DNA from: Dehalococcoidia bacterium
GTDB taxonomy: Bacteria > Chloroflexota > Dehalococcoidia > UBA2979
Direction of reading: 5' to 3'
Assembly: GCA_045562675.1 (NCBI GenBank)
Contig: JBJKVL010000011.1
Coordinates: 21,092 to 85,091, forward strand
Length of the DNA stretch: 64,000 nt
Part shown: piece by piece, positions 1-9,133 of the stretch
How the letters are laid out: the number at the start of each line of letters is the position of its first letter
How positions within the stretch are numbered: the stretch's first letter is position 1
Made by a program: the position numbers and the translations under genes
Notes under the pieces: model-generated
Databases searched by the model: none
What the model saw: the letters and a program-made list of their open reading frames with translations, nothing else
Told to the model about the DNA's origin: nothing

Positions 1-238
1 CTCGAAAAATCATTTGTTGCACATATGAGGCGTCTTGCCCACCATATTCTTTAGGCCAAGACATTGTTAGCCAGCCTTTCTCAGCTAGTTTTCTTTTAAA
101 TTCACGTACGTATTTTTTTGCTGCATCATTATCAACATTTGGGCCTTCTGGCAATTGCGAAGCATCCCAGTTTTTTTGCAAAAATTCTCTAACTTCTAAT
201 CTAAATTTATTCTCATCTTGCGACCAACTAAATTCCAT
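1..238 (-). CDS. acyl-CoA dehydrogenase family protein, N-terminal fragment; C-terminus runs off the window edge
   Basis: Reverse-complement translation from ATG (complement of 236..238) gives MEFSWSQDENKFRLEVREFL...LAEKGWLTMSWPKEYGGQDASYVQQMIF, typical of ACAD N-terminal domains. The frame stays open to position 1. Confidence 0.6.
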   Translation of the reverse strand, partial: MEFSWSQDENKFRLEVREFLQKNWDASQLPEGPNVDNDAAKKYVREFKRKLAEKGWLTMSWPKEYGGQDASYVQQMIFR

Positions 239-250
239 AATTTCCCCCAG

Positions 251-925
251 TCAATCTTTATTTTCATTTAACCATTGTTGCACAAATGGATTGAATTCTT
301 TTTCAAACTTAACACTTGTTTGCTCCATATGACCTGGCAAAACTACTGTTTCTTCAGGCAATTTTAAAAGCTTATTACAAATACTACTCATTTCTTGATT
401 ATAATCTCCTCCAGGGAAATCTGTCCTGCCAATTGAAGACCGAAATAATGTATCTCCACTAAAAAGTGCTTTTGCATCCTGGCAATAAAAACTAACACTG
501 CCTGGTGTATGACCAGGAGTTTCAATGACTTGTAACTTTAAACCGCTTACTTCAACTATGTCATTCTCCTGAAGATAAGCTGTCGGATCCGGCGGAGCTT
601 GTTCAATGCTTATTCCTAAACGTTCCGCAGAATCCTTCCAGCCATTTTGTAATAATCCAAGATCATTTTTGTTTAACAAAAAATTTGAAGCAGTTTTTTG
701 AAAAATACCAGACACACCCATAATATGATCCACGTGTGCATGCGAGTTAATAATATACTTGATTTTCACTTTCATATCTTTTGCTAAGTCAAGAATTTTT
801 TCAGGTTCATCGCCTGGATCAATGCAAATCGCTTCACCGCTATTTTTATTTCCAATAATCCAGCAGTTTTCTTGAAAGACTCCGACAATAATGCCTTTAA
901 TCATTAATTCATCTGCAAATTCCAT
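251..925 (-). CDS. MBL-fold metallo-hydrolase (hydroxyacylglutathione hydrolase-like)
   Basis: 224 aa ORF carrying the HxHxDH zinc-binding motif (HAHVDH) with downstream His/Asp ligands typical of the metallo-beta-lactamase fold. Confidence 0.8.
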   Translation of the reverse strand: MEFADELMIKGIIVGVFQENCWIIGNKNSGEAICIDPGDEPEKILDLAKDMKVKIKYIINSHAHVDHIMGVSGIFQKTASNFLLNKNDLGLLQNGWKDSAERLGISIEQAPPDPTAYLQENDIVEVSGLKLQVIETPGHTPGSVSFYCQDAKALFSGDTLFRSSIGRTDFPGGDYNQEMSSICNKLLKLPEETVVLPGHMEQTSVKFEKEFNPFVQQWLNENKD

Positions 926-942
926 AATAAAACCTTTGCTTG

Positions 943-1314
943 CTAGCCATTAAGAATTTCTATGATTTGATTGTTATCATTTACCCTAACAATATTAGGA
1001 GACACGTTTACTTGTTCATTCGTATCTAAATATTGATAAGCCAAAATTATTACTAGATCGCCTGGCTGAATTAAGTGAGCTGCAGCTCCATTTATACATA
1101 TCTCGCCACTTTCGGAATGTAATGGTACCGCATATGTTTCAATCCGTGATCCATTTGTCACATCATAAATTGCTACTTTTTCCCATTCGGCTATTCCAGC
1201 TGCTTGCATTAATTTTTCATCAATACCAACTGATCCTTCATAATCTAAATCTGCTTCCGTTACAGTTGCTCGATGTATTTTGCCTCTTAAAAAAGCTCGC
1301 ATGATTATACTCAC
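943..1314 (-). CDS. panD: aspartate 1-decarboxylase
   Basis: LRGKIHRATVTEADLDYEGSVGID matches the PanD pro-enzyme N-terminus including the G-S self-cleavage site. The true start may be the internal Met (MRAFLRGK...). Confidence 0.85.
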   Translation of the reverse strand: MSIIMRAFLRGKIHRATVTEADLDYEGSVGIDEKLMQAAGIAEWEKVAIYDVTNGSRIETYAVPLHSESGEICINGAAAHLIQPGDLVIILAYQYLDTNEQVNVSPNIVRVNDNNQIIEILNG

Positions 1315-1324
1315 TGAAAATAAA

Positions 1325-2104
1325 TTAATTCTTAATAAATATTAAAGATAGCTCCATTATACCATTATCTTCAATCGATAACACGCTTCTACTGCTTGGC
1401 TTGGCAATATCAAAATCATCAAACATTATTGGAAGAGCTCCAACGATGTATAAAAGCTGACTTTCTAATTTTCCAGACAATGGTATCTCTACTTCTTTAG
1501 AAACGCCATGCAATTTCAATATGCCCTTTGCATTGACTTCAATAATTTGACTCTCTTCTGGATTTGAACTTATAGAAATTTTTTCTATAAGTTCAAATTC
1601 AGCATATGGAAACTTAGAAGTTTCAATAGCCTGCCTTGATAAGGCTCTATCTCTATATTGGTTGTCACTTTTTAGACTTCGTAAATCTGCTTTTATACTT
1701 ACAGTATTTATGGACTCACCATCGAATTGTAATGCTCCTTCTACTTGTGCGGTTCTCCCGACAGCAGTAAATGTGCCGACTCGAACAAGTTCTTCTTTTA
1801 CACGATACCCAACATATGATGAAGATTCACTATCAATGATCCAATTGCCAACTAGACTCTCTACAGTTTCCGAATTCTGTGATGATGGCACTACCATTTC
1901 AGTTTTACTATTATTGTTCCCAGAGTTATTTGAATCTTTTTTTGTTGAACTTTCTACTTGTTTTTGCTGAGTGATTGTATTTTCAATAGAAACTGGTGCC
2001 GGTGTATCTGAACGAATAAGAAAAAAATAAGTCACTAAGGCAGCTAAAATCGCGAAAACAGGTACTACAAGAGTTACCAATAAAATACTTTTTTTCTTTG
2101 ACAT
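1325..2104 (-). CDS. YceI-like family protein with N-terminal membrane anchor
   Basis: N-terminal TM helix and low-complexity Ser/Asn linker followed by a domain with a YceI-like pattern (GNWIIDSESSSYVGYRVKE...). Confidence 0.65.
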   Translation of the reverse strand: MSKKKSILLVTLVVPVFAILAALVTYFFLIRSDTPAPVSIENTITQQKQVESSTKKDSNNSGNNNSKTEMVVPSSQNSETVESLVGNWIIDSESSSYVGYRVKEELVRVGTFTAVGRTAQVEGALQFDGESINTVSIKADLRSLKSDNQYRDRALSRQAIETSKFPYAEFELIEKISISSNPEESQIIEVNAKGILKLHGVSKEVEIPLSGKLESQLLYIVGALPIMFDDFDIAKPSSRSVLSIEDNGIMELSLIFIKN

Positions 2105-2115
2105 TAATTTTTCTC

Positions 2116-3369
2116 CTAGTCTGTACGTAAAGCAACAATTGGATCAAGCATACTAGCTCTGTGCGCAGGGTAACTACCGCTAATAAGCCCAACTATTGTT
2201 GCAACACCAAAAGCCACAATTACACTCCATAATTCTATTACCGTCACCATTGGCTGTCCAGCTATTTCTCTGCCATTGACAAAAAAAGCAATAGCAATGC
2301 CAACAATTACTCCTATTATGCCTGAACCGATGGTAACGACAAGTGCCTCTGAAATAAATTGCAATCTTATATCTTTGCTTAAAGCACCAACTGCTCTTCT
2401 AATACCGATTTCTCTTGTTCGTTCTGTAACACTTACGAGCATAATATTCATCACACCAATACCGCCAACAACTAAAGAAATCCCAGCAATGCTACCTAGA
2501 AGTATAGATAATGTTTGGCTAACAGCACTTGCTGCATTAACTAAATCATTTTGGCTATTAATAATAAAATCTGGCTCTAATACATCATGTTTTGTTAAAA
2601 GAACATTTTCTAATTCTGACTTGATAGCTTCTTCTTGCGAATTTTCATCAATTTTTATACTGATTTGCTGAATAGTTGTATCACCACTAGAATTTTTTAA
2701 AAACCTCAACCTGTTCATTAAAGATGGTATAGGAATATATACTGATGCATCTTGTGCACTTTGGCCACCTGACTCAGCTAATACACCTATAACACGAAAA
2801 TTAAAGCCAAATCTACCACCAAGATTGATTCTAACATTGTCTCCAATCGGATCTCCTGTGGGATACAAAGATTCAGCGACTGCATAACCTAACACTATAT
2901 TCATAGCCTTTCGAGATATATCATTTTCTGAAATGAAAGAGCCATACTCTATATTTAAATCACGCACATAAGCATATTCAGCATCAACCGCTGTAACTTC
3001 TACTCTATCATTGTTACCGCCGCCAATTGCCTGAGCAGGAAAATTGAACTGCCCAGATGCTCCATATACACCTTCTATATCAGCATCCATAATTGCCGAA
3101 ACATCACTCAATACTAAGGTTGTTGCAGAACCTCTTCCACCTTTTGCACCTGAAGATTGATCAGTAGAAGAACCTGGCTGGACAAACATAAGATTTGAAC
3201 CAAGCCCCATAATTTCTTGCTTAACACCCTGCTGAGTGCCTTGACCAATTGCTATCAATGCAATGACAGACGCAACTCCAATAATCATTCCCAAGGCTGT
3301 CAGAATGCTTCTCAATCTGTTTGCATATATTGAACGAAAAGCGATTGTAATTGCATCAATGACAGTCAT
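2116..3369 (-). CDS. ABC transporter permease, MacB/FtsX family
   Basis: 417 aa with an N-terminal TM helix, a large extracytoplasmic domain and a C-terminal FtsX-like three-TM bundle. It overlaps the upstream ATPase gene by 4 nt. Confidence 0.85.
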   Translation of the reverse strand: MTVIDAITIAFRSIYANRLRSILTALGMIIGVASVIALIAIGQGTQQGVKQEIMGLGSNLMFVQPGSSTDQSSGAKGGRGSATTLVLSDVSAIMDADIEGVYGASGQFNFPAQAIGGGNNDRVEVTAVDAEYAYVRDLNIEYGSFISENDISRKAMNIVLGYAVAESLYPTGDPIGDNVRINLGGRFGFNFRVIGVLAESGGQSAQDASVYIPIPSLMNRLRFLKNSSGDTTIQQISIKIDENSQEEAIKSELENVLLTKHDVLEPDFIINSQNDLVNAASAVSQTLSILLGSIAGISLVVGGIGVMNIMLVSVTERTREIGIRRAVGALSKDIRLQFISEALVVTIGSGIIGVIVGIAIAFFVNGREIAGQPMVTVIELWSVIVAFGVATIVGLISGSYPAHRASMLDPIVALRTD

Positions 3370-4049
3370 ATCACGTTCCTCTCTGAAGAAACATCAGATA
3401 TTACTTGGCCGTCACTCATTTCTAGAATGCGACTTGCTTTCTCAGCAATATGTTGTTCATGTGTAATTAATATGATCGTGATGCCTTCAAGGGATAAACT
3501 AGAAAAAATCTTCATGATGTCTTTTCCGCTTTGAGTATCTAAAGCACCAGTCGGTTCATCCGCAAAAACAACTTGTGGTTGAACAACAAGAGAACGTGCA
3601 ATTGCAACTCGTTGTTGCTGCCCACCTGATAATTGTTGCGGAAAATGGTGTGCTCTATCATCTAAATTTACTCGAGACAAAGCTTCAAGTGCTATCGCTT
3701 TCTTATTCTTAACACCTTGATAAACCAATGGCAACTCGACTTGCTCGATAGCAGACAACCTTGGTACAAGATTATATGACTGAAAAACAAAACCAAATTT
3801 TTCTCTGCGTAATATAGAACGATACCTATCATCTTTGTCACCGACATTTATGCCATCAAGAGAATAATTACCTGCGGTTGGTTGATCAAGGCAACCTAAT
3901 ATATTTAACATTGTTGATTTTCCTGAACCAGACTGGCCCATAATTGCAACAAACTCGCCAGATTGAATATTAATATTGATATTATTAAGTGCATGCACTG
4001 TGCCAGCTTCGGTAAAATAATCTTTGCTGATGCCACTAAGCTCAATCAT
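3366..4049 (-). CDS. ABC transporter ATP-binding protein (MacB/LolD-type)
   Basis: Walker A GQSGSGKST, ABC signature LSGGQQQRVAIAR, Walker B VVFADEPTGALD and H-loop are all present. Confidence 0.9.
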   Translation of the reverse strand: MIELSGISKDYFTEAGTVHALNNININIQSGEFVAIMGQSGSGKSTMLNILGCLDQPTAGNYSLDGINVGDKDDRYRSILRREKFGFVFQSYNLVPRLSAIEQVELPLVYQGVKNKKAIALEALSRVNLDDRAHHFPQQLSGGQQQRVAIARSLVVQPQVVFADEPTGALDTQSGKDIMKIFSSLSLEGITIILITHEQHIAEKASRILEMSDGQVISDVSSERNVI

Positions 4050-6076
4050 CGTGGCCCTCCTCCAAATGGTCCAGACGGCCTACCACCTGTTGTAGCTGAC
4101 TTAGAATTTTCAATCCCACTTTTTGAATTTGATTTCTTGACTTCAATCAATATTGTATCATTTTCTTTTAAGCCATCAAGAATTAAAGTATTTTGGCCAT
4201 CATCATTACCAGTTTGAACTACTATTTGTTCAATAGAGCCATCTATATTTTTCAATTTTACTGTATTGTCACGACCAACGCGAGTAATTGCATTATTTGG
4301 AACAAGTAAAACATCTTGCTGAATATTGGTTACTAAAGTTAATGTCCCTGACATACCATCTAACGGAAGTTTTGGGTTCATAAATTGTCCAGCAAAAGAT
4401 GCTATGCCAGGCATCGGTCCTCTTTGTTCACCGCCTGGGGGTCCACTCATTGCTCCACCTGCAGGTCTACCGCCTGGAGGCCCACTCATTGCTCCACTTG
4501 CAGGTCTGCCGCCTGAGAATCCACTCATTGCAGTTACATCCAAGCCCACTGCTTTTAATAAATCGCCTTGTAATGATGCTATGTTAGTAGCTTCCTTAAT
4601 TAACATCTGACCAGTGAGAATTTCTCCTTCTGCTGGATAACTAATAACTCCTTGAGTGATTGTCGGAATTGCACTAATTGCTTTTAATTTAACAATATAA
4701 AATTGCTCAGGCATGCCTTCAAACATTGCCATACCAAGATTGCCAACTTGCATTTGATTCAAATCAGATTCAGATGCAGGAATTTCAATGTAAATTGATA
4801 GAGGGTCACTTAATGTCGTCACAGCAGTGCTTGAGCCAATTCGTTGTCCTAAAGTCACATCAATAGCACCAATAATCCCTGCAAATGGTGCAGTTAATGT
4901 ATGATTTTTTAAGTTGGTTTCAGCATCAATAAGATTTAATTCAGCAATTCGAACATCTTGTTCTTTTCTATTAATTTCATTTGCTAATGGACCAGCAGTC
5001 AATTCTAATTCACGAGCTAGTGCATAATCAAGATTAGCCTTTGCGCTGTCTAATGCAGCATTGAGTTTATCAAGTTCCAATTGTTCAGGAGAAGATAAAT
5101 ATTCAGCTAAACGTACTTCAGCTGCTTTAAGAGCCTCTTGCAATTTTTGAATTTCTAATTCACTAGGGTTTTTAAGCTTACTATTAGATTCTTGCGCTGA
5201 CAAATATGCTGCTTCAGTAGAAGCAACTGAATTTACAGCATCAGCATAATTAGCATTTGCAGTTAGTAGTGCTTCTGTTTTTGCTCTTTGATTACCTTGT
5301 GGGACCATAGCTAAAGTCAATGAATCATGTAAGCCTTTTATCTTTGCATCATTTAATGGAATGTCTCCCACATTACAAACAGCTACCCAATCTTGAAATC
5401 TTTGACAATAATCCTCTTGAGCTTTAATCAATTTTGGCCATAATTCATCTTCGTCATTCTCAGCGCGCTCAAAAGCTGTCTTAGCATTTTTCACTGCAGA
5501 ATTAGAACTAGCTATTGTAGCAACAGATGGATTGATTAAGTTTTCTAAATTAAATTTAGCAGTTGTAACAGATTGTCTTTGTGTCTCAATTGAAGATGCC
5601 TGGCTACCTTCTTTAAGATTTTTTAAGTTAAATTCTGCATTTGCAACAGCAGATTGAGCATTTGCAGTTGTTTGTTTTGCGGATGCTAATTCTGAAGCAA
5701 TTGGGTCAGCTAACAAATCTTCAAGACTAGCTTTTTGTTGCGATAATAAAAGTTTTTTCACTTCAACCTGTCTCGAAGCTCCAGAAGACTCAAGAACGGC
5801 AATTACTTGATTTTTTTCTAAAATATCTCCGGTACCAACAAAGATTTGTTCAACTTCACCGCTCAAACCAAAAGATAATGCAACTTTATTCCTAGCAGTT
5901 GCATTAACGCTACTTAATAATGAGTCAGCCATGCGACCTTTCACTACTTGATGCTCATATGTGACGATTTCTACCTCCTGATTAGTTTCCTGATCAGAAA
6001 AAAAGAAATAATAAGAACCAGATAGAGCTAACAGAATAATTAATAAAACATATTTTTGTTTAGTAAATTTTTTCAT
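4046..6076 (-). CDS. HlyD/MacA-family periplasmic adaptor (membrane fusion) protein with a Gly/Pro-rich repeat insert
   Basis: N-terminal TM anchor, long coiled-coil region, and beta-barrel/membrane-proximal domains typical of membrane fusion proteins. It is the first gene of an adaptor-ATPase-permease operon and overlaps the ATPase gene by 4 nt. Confidence 0.75.
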   Translation of the reverse strand: MKKFTKQKYVLLIILLALSGSYYFFFSDQETNQEVEIVTYEHQVVKGRMADSLLSSVNATARNKVALSFGLSGEVEQIFVGTGDILEKNQVIAVLESSGASRQVEVKKLLLSQQKASLEDLLADPIASELASAKQTTANAQSAVANAEFNLKNLKEGSQASSIETQRQSVTTAKFNLENLINPSVATIASSNSAVKNAKTAFERAENDEDELWPKLIKAQEDYCQRFQDWVAVCNVGDIPLNDAKIKGLHDSLTLAMVPQGNQRAKTEALLTANANYADAVNSVASTEAAYLSAQESNSKLKNPSELEIQKLQEALKAAEVRLAEYLSSPEQLELDKLNAALDSAKANLDYALARELELTAGPLANEINRKEQDVRIAELNLIDAETNLKNHTLTAPFAGIIGAIDVTLGQRIGSSTAVTTLSDPLSIYIEIPASESDLNQMQVGNLGMAMFEGMPEQFYIVKLKAISAIPTITQGVISYPAEGEILTGQMLIKEATNIASLQGDLLKAVGLDVTAMSGFSGGRPASGAMSGPPGGRPAGGAMSGPPGGEQRGPMPGIASFAGQFMNPKLPLDGMSGTLTLVTNIQQDVLLVPNNAITRVGRDNTVKLKNIDGSIEQIVVQTGNDDGQNTLILDGLKENDTILIEVKKSNSKSGIENSKSATTGGRPSGPFGGGPR
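4431..4531. repeat. 39-bp tandem repeat (2.6 copies) inside the adaptor gene, encoding (GRPAGGAMSGPPG)n
   Basis: Unit 4431..4469 is ccgcctgggggtccactcattgctccacctgcaggtcta; unit 4470..4508 differs at about 4 positions; a partial third copy spans 4509..4531. The repeat is locally GC-rich compared with the surrounding sequence. Confidence 0.8.
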
Positions 6077-6323
6077 ATTATTTCCTATTAATAAAATTCA
6101 ACATCAACTAGTAAAAATATTATCCCACTTTTTTTTTAAGAACATGAAAATAGTCTAAGTAATTATTAAAAAAATAATAAATTTTGTAAAAATGAATAAA
6201 TTTGAAAATTTGTTGCATTATTTAACATAAAATTATAATATTGGCATAATTGTTTATTTGTTTATACCAATAAACAATAGAGGAGAATTTTTCTTCTTGA
6301 AGTTAGTTTAGTTGGAGGTTTAT

Positions 6324-6641
6324 ATGCCAGATCCAAGTATGTCTTTCGAGACGGTTATTTTAATTATGCTAGCTGGTCTAGTTCTTGAGGCTGTTACAAA
6401 TTTAGTCATGGATGTTGTAGGTGGTTTTCTACCAGGTAACATTATTGGCGGCCTAACAGGTAACACTGTTGGCAATTGGATAGTCGGACTAGCATTCGGT
6501 TGGTATTTAGTTGATCAATCAGGTGCAGATTTGATTGGTACCCTAACCGGCGGAGCACTAGCAGGTAAAACATTAGCGAATATTCTTGTAGTTAAGGTAT
6601 CCGGTGATGTAATGGCTGGAGTGCGAAAGCGATACATGTAA
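6324..6641 (+). CDS. small Gly-rich membrane protein (YeaQ/YmgE/GlsB 'transglycosylase-associated' like)
   Basis: GGAGG at 6315..6319 sits 6 nt before ATG 6324; the ORF track start is TTG 6312. The product is hydrophobic and Gly-rich (GGFLPGNIIGGLTGNTVGNWIVGLAFGW), resembling the YmgE/YeaQ G-rich TM hairpin. Confidence 0.45.
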   Translation: MPDPSMSFETVILIMLAGLVLEAVTNLVMDVVGGFLPGNIIGGLTGNTVGNWIVGLAFGWYLVDQSGADLIGTLTGGALAGKTLANILVVKVSGDVMAGVRKRYM

Positions 6642-6681
6642 GGCAATAACGCTTAAATTCAAAATAATTTTGAATGAAAAA

Positions 6682-6709
6682 AGAGTTCGCGTACGCGAAC
6701 TCTTTTTTT
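6682..6709 (+). terminator. rho-independent terminator (possibly bidirectional)
   Basis: Stem AGAGTTCGCG-ta-CGCGAACTCT followed by TTTTTTT, with an A-run on the 5' side. Confidence 0.6.
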
Positions 6710-6733
6710 ACGTAAATGGTAAGATGACTAATA

Positions 6734-7807
6734 ATGTATAACATAGGCATCATTGGCACATCTTGGGCTGCACGTAGTCCTATTCCTACTTTTCAAAGCT
6801 ATAAAGGCGTAGAGGTAACTGCAATATGTAGCGGTAAAGTGGAAAATGCAATAAAGTGTGCTAATGAATTCAATATACCAAATGTTGAAAAAAACTATAT
6901 TGATTTATGTAAAAGAGAAGATATTGACATCATCTACATAGGAACACCAGTTCATTTACACAAAAGTATGTTCTTAGAAGCAGCAAGGAACAACAAACAT
7001 ATCATTTGTGAAAAACCATTATCATTGAATCAGCAAGAGGCAAAATTGATGTTACAGGCTGCTGAAAAGAATAATATAGAATCAGTAGTGGCCTTTACTA
7101 TGCGTCATTTTGATAGCCATTATGCTATAAAACAGATCATTGCTAAAGGGAAGATAGGTGATCCCTTGCATATTTCAATTAATGATTTTAGAGGAGTGCC
7201 GTTTTCAAAGTCACTACCAAAATATAATTGGTGGCATCAAAAAAATAAAGGTGGAGGAATACTTGGAGCAATGGGGAGTCATTTTATTGACTTAACTAGA
7301 TATATGATTGCAGATTTCGAACAAGTATCTGGCACATTAAAATCAATTAAATCAGATGCAATAGATTCAAAAGGCAAATTAAAAAAGATTACTTCGGATG
7401 ATATGTTTAATTTGCAAGGAACATTAAAATCACAAACTACTGTTTCTATTAATTGCAGTATAGCTACAAACACACGACTTGGTTCTAACCGTTCCATTGA
7501 CATATTTGGTTCTAATGGGAGTTTATCTCTTCAAGGAGACGAACTCTCAAAAGAAGGTTTTGAGTTATCATTCACATCTAATAAAAGCGACATAAAACAG
7601 AGAGTCGCTAACATTCCTAAGATAAGAATGACAAAAGCAGCTCAAAATAGCACTGTGCCAAGATTCGGGCTAATGATTGATAAATTAATTAAGAGTATAA
7701 AAGGAGATAAACAAGAACCTAATGTTTATGATGGATTCATGTGTCAAAAAGTTATTGATGCTATGCATGATGCAAATGAATTAGGCAAAGTTAGCCCAAT
7801 TAAATAA
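6734..7807 (+). CDS. Gfo/Idh/MocA family NAD(P)-dependent oxidoreductase
   Basis: N-terminal Rossmann motif (IGIIGTSWAA) and the family's EKP motif (ICEKPLSLN). Confidence 0.85.
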   Translation: MYNIGIIGTSWAARSPIPTFQSYKGVEVTAICSGKVENAIKCANEFNIPNVEKNYIDLCKREDIDIIYIGTPVHLHKSMFLEAARNNKHIICEKPLSLNQQEAKLMLQAAEKNNIESVVAFTMRHFDSHYAIKQIIAKGKIGDPLHISINDFRGVPFSKSLPKYNWWHQKNKGGGILGAMGSHFIDLTRYMIADFEQVSGTLKSIKSDAIDSKGKLKKITSDDMFNLQGTLKSQTTVSINCSIATNTRLGSNRSIDIFGSNGSLSLQGDELSKEGFELSFTSNKSDIKQRVANIPKIRMTKAAQNSTVPRFGLMIDKLIKSIKGDKQEPNVYDGFMCQKVIDAMHDANELGKVSPIK

Positions 7808-7810
7808 TAA

Positions 7811-9013
7811 TTATCCAAATACTCCATCGGAGGCATAATTTGCGATTTCATCTTGATCAAATCCAAATTGTTCTAAAACGGCATGTGTATCTTGGCCGGG
7901 TTTTGGCACTTTGCCACGTGGTTGAATATTGCCATCACGAATATCAAAAGGAACATTAATTGTTTTATAATCGCCTAATTCATCATCGGTCATGTCAGCA
8001 AAAGCGCCTATCGCATCGAGCTGATCGCTGTTGATTATATCCATTAAATCAGCAACAGGGGCCCATGTCATATCAAACTTATCCAATAATTGGGCCCAAT
8101 CATCAAAGTTTTTTTCTAGGAAAATTTCAGTAATAAGGCTAGTCAATTCAGTTGAATGATCAATTAATTTTTCAATTGAATCATATTCATCTTTCCATTG
8201 ATCTTTTTTTATCATTTCACAAAATCGTGGCCAATACCTATCTGTTTGTGCCATGGCAAACATAACCCATTTACCATCTTGGGTTTCATAAGAGTTAAAT
8301 ATTGGATTTTTTGGAGATTTCCTATTATGTTTAAGTGGTTGTGTCTTACTAAAAATCGTCCTCTGAACATCCCCTGCTATTGTCCACATTCCGGTTCTTT
8401 GTAAAGTGACCTCTGCTCGTTGTGCTTCACCAGTCATATCACGAAGTCGTAAAGATGCCAGTGTAGCAGCTAATAAATTCATCGCAGAAATATGATCCCC
8501 TTGCGAGCCTCTATTCGGAGGAGGAGGATCACCTGGCTCACCAAGTAGTCCCTGAATACCAGAATGAGCCCAAAAAGAGGTAAAATCAAAACCCCTCCGA
8601 TATGATTCTGGTCCATGAGTGCCATATCCACTAATGACAGAATAGACAATTTTACTATTGATTTTCTTTACATCATCAAAAGCAAGTTTGAACTTTTTTG
8701 CTCGTTCATCAGTTAAATTAGTTATCAATATATCAACTTGCTCAGCAATTTTATGTACGGCCTCTGATGCATTAGGTTTAGAAAAGTCTATTGTCACAGA
8801 TTTTTTTCCACGATTGTCTAAGTGAAAAGTTAAATTACCAGGGACGCCAGGAATAGGCGGATATTCTAAGATGCCTCTAAGGGCATCACCGCCTGGAGGT
8901 TCAATTTTTATAACTTCTGCACCCATATCAGCTAACATCATTGCACAACTAGGGCCAGCGACCCAATTAGCAACTTCTAAAACTTTAATTCCAGTCATTG
9001 GACCTTTTTTCAT
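7811..9013 (-). CDS. CoA-transferase family III (CaiB/BaiF) protein
   Basis: N-terminus GIKVLEVANWVAGPSCAMMLADMGAEVIKIEPPGGD is characteristic of family III CoA transferases, as is the ~400 aa length. Confidence 0.85.
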   Translation of the reverse strand: MKKGPMTGIKVLEVANWVAGPSCAMMLADMGAEVIKIEPPGGDALRGILEYPPIPGVPGNLTFHLDNRGKKSVTIDFSKPNASEAVHKIAEQVDILITNLTDERAKKFKLAFDDVKKINSKIVYSVISGYGTHGPESYRRGFDFTSFWAHSGIQGLLGEPGDPPPPNRGSQGDHISAMNLLAATLASLRLRDMTGEAQRAEVTLQRTGMWTIAGDVQRTIFSKTQPLKHNRKSPKNPIFNSYETQDGKWVMFAMAQTDRYWPRFCEMIKKDQWKDEYDSIEKLIDHSTELTSLITEIFLEKNFDDWAQLLDKFDMTWAPVADLMDIINSDQLDAIGAFADMTDDELGDYKTINVPFDIRDGNIQPRGKVPKPGQDTHAVLEQFGFDQDEIANYASDGVFG

Positions 9014-9133
9014 GATAATCTAACCTACTCAAAATAATTACAATTATTATTATATAGCTTATTTTCTAGAATTTGATATTGAGTATCAAGCAATCTCGAT
9101 ATAGGATTCATCATTAAGAAATAAAAAATTATT

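Noticed and set aside
4431-4531. Tandem repeat considered as a possible CRISPR-like or minisatellite array.
   Set aside because: It is in frame inside a coding gene and encodes a Gly/Pro peptide repeat. The units are contiguous without spacers, there are only 2.6 copies, and there is no cas context.
1122-4610. Several plus-strand ORFs of 60-131 aa (1122..1304, 1662..1970, 2276..2671, 3263..3466, 3963..4217, 4326..4610, 4399..4587) lie inside the minus-strand panD/YceI/ABC/adaptor genes.
   Set aside because: They are entirely embedded antisense to long, well-supported coding genes, have low-complexity or repeat-shadow composition (4326 and 4399 are just the antisense of the Gly/Pro repeat), and have no RBS. 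They are shadow ORFs.
6324-6641. Double-glycine-leader bacteriocin/microcin next to a peptide exporter.
   Set aside because: The N-terminal segment is a full-length hydrophobic TM helix, not an amphipathic ~18-aa leader, and the conserved leader positions (E at -8, L at -12) do not match. The mature part resembles the YmgE/YeaQ G-rich hairpin, and the neighbouring ABC ATPase lacks a C39 peptidase domain. This is kept as a low-interest alternative in the findings.
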